From a virus: 64,000 bases of DNA. Position numbers and translations under genes: made by a program. Location of the stretch: positions 91,170 through 155,169 of the IMG/VR virus record IMGVR_UViG_3300045988_122718, one strand, 5' to 3'. The notes under the pieces were generated by a model. That model did no database searches, was not told the DNA's origin, and was given only the letters and a program-made list of their open reading frames with translations. Position 1 is the first letter of the stretch. Every line of letters starts with the position of its first letter. Below, piece after piece: positions 55,864 through 64,000 of this stretch.

Positions 55864-57479
55864 TAGTTTTCAGTTTCATTTTCGGCTTCTTCTGCACAGT
55901 CAGGGCAAAGCATACGACGAGCAATTTCCCTCATATTTCTGTATCTGTGCAGTTCACCACACTGTTCACACAGTGCAAAGTTATCCTCGATGCAATCATC
56001 ACAGAAGTATGCCCCTTCGCTTTCTACCCAGACGGCGTGTCTTTCGGTTACATATTCTCCACATTCCTCACAGTAGCGGAAGTAGTCGAGACAACTATCA
56101 CATACAATTCCGAAACCTCTTACGCTGGTTCCCTCACCAACATGATATTCCTCGCACTGTTCGCACCAGAAAGAACAGTCGCAGCAGTAAGGCTCATCGT
56201 CAATCCATCTGATGTCGCCATCATCAATTTCACTTCCACAATGAGCACAGAAAACCTTCTTTGCACAGCAAGAAATATTATTCTGGACGTCATGCTCCTC
56301 ACCACAATTGATGCAGATGGGATAGTGGCCAATGGTGATATCGTTCTCATTCTCGCTTCCTTTCGGACGAGAAAGGGTGCAGTTATCATAGCACTCATAG
56401 TCTTTGTAATGAGTTCCCTCAGAAATCGTATATTTTGCAGAGGCATCGGTTCCCCTGTTTACTGTCCACAGATTGGCAAACCCGAACAGTTCGGACATGA
56501 TGCTCTGCACAATCTCTCTGTAAGGAGTATATGCGCTATTGTCTCCGTCATTATCCTGCGGATACAGTCTGCCCTGAATGAGTTTGTCCTCGCCCCAGTG
56601 GAACATCTGACGGTTGATTTTAGGCTCATACCAGAAGTTGTTTCCTTTGTAGGAAGCGTCCACGGTATAGAACACCATAGACGGAGAATCAAGCATATAG
56701 CTTACAGTACCAGAGGAATACATCCCTTCATAACTGTTGGGCATACCACGTTTGTTTTCCTTGTCGATAGTGTGGCAACTTGCCCACGAATTGCCAAAGG
56801 ACATGGTGAGATAGTCGAGGGGATTCACAGAAAGAACAGTATACCTTGTGATTTGCAGAGGATTAAGAGCATCGGCATACTTGGCAAAGGCACTGTTGTA
56901 GGCGGGCAGCTTGTCATAGCCAATGTAGCTAAGGAGTTTATTAACCACACGGCTCATTTTCTGTCCCTTGTGGGCATGAATACTGGGACAAATTGTGTTC
57001 AAATTATTAGTCGTAACTTCATCAATATACTGTTCGGTACAATTTGGAAGGGCGCAAATGAAGCCGTAAAATTCCCTCGGAAGTTTCCTACCGTAGTCAA
57101 CAACATGTTCCCTCATATCATCGGGCATGAATTCCCTTACCGCCATAGCAGTGTCGTAACTAAGCAGCCACGTCCTGAACTTAGCAATCTCATCCTTATC
57201 AACTTCGCGGTTGAAGTTGTGGCTGAACACAATCATGAACTTGCCTTCAAGGTAGTTCGGATGCCTCTTGAATGCGGTGATGAGGTCTGCCTTGTTGGTT
57301 GCCCAGGTGTCGATAATTTTGTTGAGAGCTTCATCGGTGTACTGATAGTCATACTGGTCGAGCAGGAACTTCATATTATCGAGCAGCATGTCCCTTTCTT
57401 CGTCAGTGATGATTTCCTTTACGAGTTCCATATTAATTTCCTCCTTTTTTCTTTTCGGGAGCCGGTTCAACCAGCTCAA
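55863..57479 (-). CDS. Large uncharacterised protein, paralogue of 49482..51041
   Basis: SVNPLDYLTMSFGNSWASCHTIDKENKRGM..SGTVSYMLDS; multiple Cys ribbons. Confidence 0.65.
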   Translation of the reverse strand: MSWLNRLPKRKKEEINMELVKEIITDEERDMLLDNMKFLLDQYDYQYTDEALNKIIDTWATNKADLITAFKRHPNYLEGKFMIVFSHNFNREVDKDEIAKFRTWLLSYDTAMAVREFMPDDMREHVVDYGRKLPREFYGFICALPNCTEQYIDEVTTNNLNTICPSIHAHKGQKMSRVVNKLLSYIGYDKLPAYNSAFAKYADALNPLQITRYTVLSVNPLDYLTMSFGNSWASCHTIDKENKRGMPNSYEGMYSSGTVSYMLDSPSMVFYTVDASYKGNNFWYEPKINRQMFHWGEDKLIQGRLYPQDNDGDNSAYTPYREIVQSIMSELFGFANLWTVNRGTDASAKYTISEGTHYKDYECYDNCTLSRPKGSENENDITIGHYPICINCGEEHDVQNNISCCAKKVFCAHCGSEIDDGDIRWIDDEPYCCDCSFWCEQCEEYHVGEGTSVRGFGIVCDSCLDYFRYCEECGEYVTERHAVWVESEGAYFCDDCIEDNFALCEQCGELHRYRNMREIARRMLCPDCAEEAENETEN

Positions 57480-57651
57480 AATAACAAGCTTTCACACTAA
57501 AGTTGTTGTATTCACCTACAAGATTAGTTCTCTGTTGAGATACAGAAATCATATCACCACAGACTCTTGTCACATAGCCAGTCCATCCGTCGGTTGTAAT
57601 AATATACGGAGTACGTCTAAGTGCTCTTACCTTATCTCCAACACGAAACAT
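57433..57651 (-). CDS. Small KOW/SH3-like protein
   Basis: FRVGDKVRALRRTPYIITTDGWTGYVTRVCGDMISV. Confidence 0.4.
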   Translation of the reverse strand: MFRVGDKVRALRRTPYIITTDGWTGYVTRVCGDMISVSQQRTNLVGEYNNFSVKACYFELVEPAPEKKKGGN

Positions 57652-57666
57652 AATTATTTGCCTCCT

Positions 57667-58050
57667 TTAGTTCATGTAGTCAGTAATGTCAGTTCCGTTG
57701 TATGCGGTATACAGAATATGGTCGTGGTTATTGTGTGCCAGAACAACAATTGCATTTTCCACTTCGGCAGTCTCATAAATGGTTTCACTTAGGTCGCTGA
57801 ACGCACTGTCAAAGCCGTTTCTGTTGAAGGTCGAGGTGGTGTTTACACCTTCGATGGAGATGAACACATAATAGACACCATCGTCATATTCCGTATGGAG
57901 AATCATGTCATCGAGGTCCTCACGCAGTTGCTTGTCAACATTCTGCCAGGGTTCATTTCGCTTGATGTTGTTGGTGACTTTCTTGTGACCGCCACATGCA
58001 GTCAGGGAGAAGACGGTCATAATGGCGAGGAGCATAGCAATAATCTTTTT
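57667..58050 (-). CDS. Putative lipoprotein (approximate start MKKIIAMLL)
   Basis: MKKIIAMLLAIMTVFSLTACGG lipobox. Confidence 0.6.
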   Translation of the reverse strand, partial: KKIIAMLLAIMTVFSLTACGGHKKVTNNIKRNEPWQNVDKQLREDLDDMILHTEYDDGVYYVFISIEGVNTTSTFNRNGFDSAFSDLSETIYETAEVENAIVVLAHNNHDHILYTAYNGTDITDYMN

Positions 58051-58609
58051 CATAGTAATTTCCTTTCTCAGTAATTTTGTATTGTCAGTTGTTTTCCGCA
58101 TGAGATTCCTCCTTGAGCAATTCTCTTACATCATGGATGATTTCAATGATGTATTCTCCCTTTCGTATTTGTGAGCAATGGTCTTTTGCAACACAGTTGC
58201 CACATGTTTGGCAATTAAGCATTGCCGAAAGAATGCTGAGTTTGTCGAGTACGTTCATTTGGTTTCTACCTCCTTTAATTTTGCGAGTAATTCATCTCGC
58301 TCTTTGATTATGGAGCGTATTTCTTCTGAGACTTCGATGATAAGTTTTCGGCCAGAATTATCATGTCCGCTTCTGCACAAACCATCCATGGCACAATTGT
58401 CACAAGTTCTGATGCCGCAATCCATTCTTGCGTAGATAGCGCCGCATTTTTCAAGAATGTTCATGTCCTCATCTCCCTTACAAACGCATTCACTCTTTCC
58501 ATTGCCGCCGTAAGTTCTGCGTTTGCTGCCTCGAAGAACTTAGGTTCGGCATTGTCGAAGTTTTCTCTTGCACGGTTGAGTGCCCGTAGAGCTTCAAAAT
58601 ATTCATTGG

Positions 58610-59038
58610 TCATTTGGATTCCTCCTTTCTTACATTCCACCTTTGTTTCTCTTGTTCGTCATTGAAATCAAACCCAAGTTTTCGGAAGAATGACGATGAC
58701 TTTTTATTGTCATAAGAAACATCTGCCGTAATGAATTTGGGATTAAATCGCTCAAGTTCATCGACAAACCTATTTCCAATTCCCCTTCTCTGGAAATCCT
58801 TACGGATACAAATGTGGCTTATGTGGATGCCTTTGTTGATTACATAGAACATACAATACCCAACAATATTGTTGTTCTCTTTTTCAATCAACATATTTGG
58901 CACAATGTTGTGCTTAAAAAGTATCTTGAGCATATCGTAAAACGATAGTCCAAGAGTACCGCCATTTGCCTTGAGGTTCTCAGTGGATATTGTTTCAAAT
59001 TCGTTTAACTCCGCCATTGAAAAAACTGTAGTAAACAT
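58610..59038 (-). CDS. GNAT-family acetyltransferase
   Basis: IVGYCMFYVINKGIHISHICIRKDFQRRGIGNRFVDELE. Confidence 0.85.
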   Translation of the reverse strand: MFTTVFSMAELNEFETISTENLKANGGTLGLSFYDMLKILFKHNIVPNMLIEKENNNIVGYCMFYVINKGIHISHICIRKDFQRRGIGNRFVDELERFNPKFITADVSYDNKKSSSFFRKLGFDFNDEQEKQRWNVRKEESK

Positions 59039-59460
59039 TTGCCTTACTCCTCTGGATAAAGTTCTTCATCGAGCAGAATGCCTGAAGAACAACGGATGCT
59101 TCATCTGGTTCAATTCCGTTGTCAATCAAGCACTGTTCTGCCTTGGAACGGTTGGTATCGATACGGTTTTTCATGTCACTAACTGCATTATTCCAACCAC
59201 GGATGTAATCCATAGAAGGTGACTGTGACATAACAAGTTTATTCATTTTGCTTCCTCCTTGTTTTCCAAAATCACATACAAAGCATGAGTTCTTTTTGGA
59301 AAGGTGAACTTTTTAACTTTCGCTTCCCTATATTCTTGACGGATATATCTTGTATCGCCAACGGCTTTGACACCAAGACATTTTCCGTTTTGCCAAAACA
59401 CGATTTTGTCGATGCCGGTGCCAAGTTGGTAGAACATTGAGTTCCATTTGCCTTACCTCC

Positions 59461-59964
59461 TTAATAAATTTCCCTCATCTTTTCCATTTGCTCCTCCGTA
59501 AAGATACGGCGAAGCCCTGCATATTCCTCACCGCAAGCAAGGAAAGTTTCCCTTGCAGAAATACTGTCGGTGCTGTAACCGAACTCGGCACAGAAGTCAC
59601 TGAAGCTGTCGTAGCTGTACTTCTCTACGGTTGCAAGGATGTCATACTCGGAAGGGATTGCGTTTGCCTTGAGTTTTGCAAGTTCCTTTGTCCATTTGTT
59701 TCTCTCATAGAATGTCATATCCATCGGATTTCGCTTGTGGTATTTGCGACAATAGTCCATAAGGGACATATCAGAGATTTCCGTATTGTGCAGGCTGTCG
59801 TAGAACTTGCCGCTGTGGCTTCCCTTTGGAGTTGTAATGGTGAACCAGTAGCAGTTATACAGGTTGCTATCCCACCTTGGTGATGTCTTGCAGAGGAACT
59901 TAATTTCCACTGTGGCATTGCAGTCAGCCAGAAACTGTTTCGCTTGAGCAACGTAGTCAGTCAT
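59461..59964 (-). CDS. Hypothetical protein
   Basis: Co-directional ORF. Confidence 0.5.
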   Translation of the reverse strand: MTDYVAQAKQFLADCNATVEIKFLCKTSPRWDSNLYNCYWFTITTPKGSHSGKFYDSLHNTEISDMSLMDYCRKYHKRNPMDMTFYERNKWTKELAKLKANAIPSEYDILATVEKYSYDSFSDFCAEFGYSTDSISARETFLACGEEYAGLRRIFTEEQMEKMREIY

Positions 59965-60576
59965 TATAAAGCCCCCATTTTTGCCGTAGTAGTGATGTGG
60001 TCATCGTTGCAACTGTACTTGTCGTACCAGCCGCAAACAATTTCGCTTGGGATGGAACAGTGAATGCAGTCCCATGCAAGTCTTGTGCCGAAGTCCTTGT
60101 AGTTTCCGTTTGCCTTGAGTCTTTCGGCATACTCAGGCAAGTTAGTGATTTTGTTGAAGCTTTCCCTTATGAAGGGGATTTCGCTTTTAAGTTTCATTTC
60201 CATTACCTCACTTTCATACATTTGATTTCCGTTTGCCTTTGCCTTTTACATTTCGCTTATGTCGTCCCAACGCCAATCTCCGTTGCCTATTGGGTACAAA
60301 CCTTTTTCATTTGCCTTGTAAATGCACTCGTCATCTCCGTTTGCCTTGTCGTAGCACATTGTGCATCGGCATTGACTTCCCTTGCAATCTGCTCGGCTAT
60401 TTGTCTCGTGAAATACGGACAAGCCCATCCATTCCAGTGATTTCCATTTGTGTACCCTTCATAGATGGGGCCATCCTCAATTTGAAATTTGCTTTTGAAC
60501 ATAAACATATCTCCTTTCGCTTTGGGGGTTGATTGTTAGGTTATCACCTCCTTTCGCTTTGAATTTGCCTTTTGTT

Positions 60577-61062
60577 TTACGCAAACATACCACTATGGAC
60601 CTTCTCCTTGTATGTCCAGCCCATAGACTTGAGCAGTTTGCTCATTTCCCCAGTAGACACACACTGGAACTCACCATTGATGGGTAGAGGATTGATGGGA
60701 CACTTGATGTGGCAGATACATCTGCCATCCTCGTGACGAATGAGGAGAATGAGCTGTACATCACGGTCTTTAGAGTAGTACTCACGAATACTCTGAGCCT
60801 GTTCAGCAGTACCGTGAGTACCAAACTTGGGGTAGTTGCTCTGCAACCACGGCATCAGATTGGTGTGCTTGGTGTAGATGATAGCCGTGTGGTAGGTGGG
60901 CTTGGTGTCGTTGGACTGGAGCAGAGCAATGGCATCGTGGGTCATCTGAATGTAGCAATTATTCGTCCCAGCATAAGGACATTTAGCACATGCGTCACCA
61001 CCACGGCTATCGCACAGAGCCAGAGCCTTCATCACATCATGCTTATTCATAGAGTCCTCCAC
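60577..61062 (-). CDS. Hypothetical protein
   Basis: Co-directional ORF. Confidence 0.45.
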   Translation of the reverse strand: MEDSMNKHDVMKALALCDSRGGDACAKCPYAGTNNCYIQMTHDAIALLQSNDTKPTYHTAIIYTKHTNLMPWLQSNYPKFGTHGTAEQAQSIREYYSKDRDVQLILLIRHEDGRCICHIKCPINPLPINGEFQCVSTGEMSKLLKSMGWTYKEKVHSGMFA

Positions 61063-61263
61063 GGTTAAGGTTCGTCAACCATAAAATGTTGGTCAACACA
61101 TAAGTGCTAACCATTGGGATAGGACTTTTTGAGTGGAAGTCCTTGGGCACATCGTGTTGCAAGGTTAAAAAACATAAGCCAAATCAATGGACATTTATGC
61201 TCACGGCATTACACGACTGCACCAGATATTCAGTTATACTCGTCAGAACTCGTCCAACGGTTG

Positions 61264-61656
61264 TTAAACGGCGTAGAGCTTACGCCCATAGAGATAGCCA
61301 CAAGCCTCGATGCACTTGTTCTTCCTCAAGGCTTCAAAGCCATCCTGACCGCAGATATCAATGATGGCATCCTCATAGATGGCATCGGCACGAGGATAGT
61401 GCTTACGGAGAAGATTGAGATAGTAGCTCACAGGCTTGTGCTCAATCTTTGCCACAATGAGGTCGTGGGTGATAATGTCGAGGATTACTTCGGGATTGGT
61501 GTCAGGACGCTTGGCACATGCCTGGATAAACTTGTTGGTGAGGCTGTGGTCCCAAGGGATACAGTAGTCAGAGAGCACTTCTTTCTTGGCCTTGAGGGCA
61601 TCTTTCTGAATCTTGGTCATCTTCATATTACTTCTCCTCCTCATTCTTGCTATCAA
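61264..61656 (-). CDS. Hypothetical protein
   Basis: Co-directional ORF with RBS. Confidence 0.45.
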   Translation of the reverse strand: MIARMRRRSNMKMTKIQKDALKAKKEVLSDYCIPWDHSLTNKFIQACAKRPDTNPEVILDIITHDLIVAKIEHKPVSYYLNLLRKHYPRADAIYEDAIIDICGQDGFEALRKNKCIEACGYLYGRKLYAV

Positions 61657-62120
61657 AGATAGCTATAATCATTGCGTGGGCTGTTGCAATAGCACAACGG
61701 TCACAATCATGGTGCAGCAGCAGTTACAAGAATACTTGAAAGCCTTGATTGCTGCCTCCTTGGTTGGTGCATCATACTGGAAATTTACTCCTACTTGCTC
61801 AAACTTAGTCATGGTTTGCTCCTTCCTATGGACTTGGCCTTAACTCCCGTTAGGTGAGTGGCACAAACATAAGCCCATAGAGAAACCCTCGACATAAGTC
61901 GAGGGCTTTTGCTACGGGTTTATAATTTTTTAAGTCGAGTATAAATACCATTACGGTTAAGTGATTTGGTTTTTGGTAGATGTCATAACCATCACTTCGT
62001 GGTGTGACATGAATGTGATGGAATTTGGCAACGGTGCATAGGGATGAAAAAAGAGTTGCTACCACATAGGGCAACAACTCTATGTGCATCTTTGCCAAAG
62101 AGTTTGAGAAGATGCATAGC

Positions 62121-62327
62121 TTAATCCTCGTAGTCGTAGATGTGTTCTTCACCATCGAAGCTGATGATGTAGCCATCGTCGGTTACTTCGATGAGTTCAG
62201 CAGACCTGATAGTCTCCTCACGGACAACTCTGTCCACATACTTGCCGTAGCCGACAAACATAAGGGCAATAGCTACAAAGATAATGATACGGATGATGAA
62301 CTTGTACTCGCTATTGATTTTTTTCAT
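62121..62327 (-). CDS. Small membrane protein
   Basis: IIRIIIFVAIALMFVGYG. Confidence 0.45.
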   Translation of the reverse strand: MKKINSEYKFIIRIIIFVAIALMFVGYGKYVDRVVREETIRSAELIEVTDDGYIISFDGEEHIYDYED

Positions 62328-62340
62328 GATTAATTCCTCC

Positions 62341-62700
62341 TTAAAATGTTTTGATTATTTTAGTTAAGCTATTGTAGTCACGATAGTTCTTAACAAGTGA
62401 TGTGAAGATATAGTCGTTATTGACATATCTGAAGTAGATAATGCCATTGTGCCATCTGCTGATGTACACATGAGTATGTGTCTCATAGTCAATAGCAAAG
62501 TAGACACCATCTACACGATTGTCGTGGACAGTATCGTATAGATAGTGACGGTCAACTATTGCCACGAACTTGTTGAACATCTTGTGTGAAATCATACATA
62601 CACCTCCTATCTCGTGGGATTTTGACAAGTCGCATCTAATGTGTAGGTCGGGGAAAATATATAAAAACGCATCTATGTGATGATACATAAACACGAACAA
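62341..62700 (-). CDS. Hypothetical protein
   Basis: Co-directional ORF. Confidence 0.4.
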   Translation of the reverse strand: MFVFMYHHIDAFLYIFPDLHIRCDLSKSHEIGGVCMISHKMFNKFVAIVDRHYLYDTVHDNRVDGVYFAIDYETHTHVYISRWHNGIIYFRYVNNDYIFTSLVKNYRDYNSLTKIIKTF

Positions 62701-62799
62701 AAAAGAAAAAAAGAACGACTGAAATTATACAAAAGCCGTTCACATAAAAAAAATACCCCCTCACCCCGAAGGGTGAGAGGGTATCGAGAGTGTCAAGTG

Positions 62800-63165
62800 T
62801 TACTTGATAGGTTCGTATGTTCCAACGACTCTGCCAGATTTGCCAAGAACGCCAATTTTTTTGGCAGTAGCTTTATACAAAGCCTTGTCAAAATACATTC
62901 CAGATTTTGGAACATATCCCATAGCTTCATAGACTTTAGCACGATTTTCGTTAGCAGAGCTGACTTTCTTGTGAGTTTTGAAAAACTCCTCTCTTTCAGC
63001 ACTTCTTTCAGCCTTCATATTCTCCCATTTCTCAGCTTTGCTGAGTCCTGTAGTACGGTTAGGTTTAGAAGCCTTCTTTTCGGAACCTTCGTTGCTCATA
63101 GCAACGATTTGCTCAGTAGTGAACCCCATAGCCATAAGATCCTTGATTTCGTTGATGCTAAACAT
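62800..63165 (-). CDS. Hypothetical basic protein
   Basis: MFSINEIKDLMAMGFTTEQIVAMSNEG...; co-directional ORF. Confidence 0.5.
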   Translation of the reverse strand: MFSINEIKDLMAMGFTTEQIVAMSNEGSEKKASKPNRTTGLSKAEKWENMKAERSAEREEFFKTHKKVSSANENRAKVYEAMGYVPKSGMYFDKALYKATAKKIGVLGKSGRVVGTYEPIK

Positions 63166-63295
63166 AAAATACTCCTATCTGTTACTTGCTACTGAAGTAA
63201 CTAAAGCTAACTAAGCTCAGTCAGTGCTGAGCCGTTGCCCAAACTCAGAATAGCATATTTTTTTTGTTGTTTTCGGATTGCCAAAACCAAAAAAC

Positions 63296-63319
63296 TTCTC
63301 AAAATATCAATTTTGAGAA
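63296..63319. repeat. Perfect 9-bp inverted repeat TTCTCAAAA-TATCAA-TTTTGAGAA
   Basis: Direct reading; on minus strand followed by GTTTTTTGG. Confidence 0.7.
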
Positions 63320-64000
63320 AATTGAACCTGGGGGTACATAAAACTGGCAAAAGCATTGAAAATAAACAATTTTGTAAGATGAGGCTATTTTGTATACTGA
63401 CTTGAAAATAAGAAAATTTTTCTCAAAACAAAAATCACAACAAATACTCTAAAATCATCCAACCCAAAGCAACGAATCCAAACCTATATCCCCACAAACC
63501 AACTCCCAAATCATTCACATTTTCACCCTATAATACACCCATCAATTCCCAATTCCCAAATATAAAAGCATCCCACTTCCACATCTCCAAATCCATCATC
63601 CAACAAATTTCTTTCGTATCGTACAAACATTCTACTTTTAAGCAACACAAAACAAATCACCAAATTCCTTGTCATATTGTACTAATACATTAATACAAAA
63701 TCTAAAATCATAAGTGATCCACTATCGTCCTTCTCATCATCAAAACAGACCTCTCAAAAATTTACTTTCTCACACTCCTATAAATACCCCTCCACATATT
63801 TTTAAAACAATCCTCTACAAAACCCCTACCATACCGGGGTACTTTCAACTACACCATATACAATCATCTATATGAGTCTATACATAAAATAAAACGGCAA
63901 AGCCAATATCTATAAAACATTCTGGACTCCAAACAAAATAAAAAGTCCAAATTTTGGACATATAACAATATAATATATAATATAATATATAATATATAAT

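Noticed and set aside
1-64000. CRISPR arrays, rRNA genes or IS elements
   Set aside because: No regularly spaced direct repeats, rRNA-like sequence or transposase with flanking inverted repeats was seen.

Overview
The window looks like the early/replication-side region of a large tailed-phage genome, probably infecting a Firmicutes/Clostridia host (inference). Essentially all genes lie on the minus strand. It encodes NAD-dependent DNA ligase, a DnaE-type polymerase, primase, DnaB-like helicase, RecJ-like exonuclease, a P-loop ATPase, a tyrosine recombinase, metabolic enzymes (GlyA, cysteine desulfurase, PurA-like) and many small Cys-rich proteins. It also carries an RNA-repair-like set: a DRB0094/Rnl5-type RNA ligase, an RlaP/YcgL-like nucleotidyltransferase and a P-loop kinase-HD fusion. 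The standout region is a minus-strand tRNA array (about 17.0-23.5 kb, about 20 tRNA genes). Four of its tRNAs (Ile-TAT, Leu-TAA, Gln-TTG, Lys-TTT) are interrupted inside the anticodon by 47-76 nt inserts. Each insert folds like a tRNA or minimal tRNA: 7-bp acceptor, 5-bp/7-nt T-like arm with loop GGCAGNA, and an N-CCA 3' end. Removing them restores canonical 7-nt anticodon loops. I propose a nested tRNA-like intron system, possibly released by RNase P plus 3' processing and sealed by the phage RNA ligase. The same array contains four covarying H-type pseudoknots, three tandem closing-stem elements, a tRNA with a separate insertion at 26/27, tRNAs with C33 or a 'swapped' elbow, and a vWA/TROVE-like protein gene. 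All structures were folded by eye and no tool or database was run.
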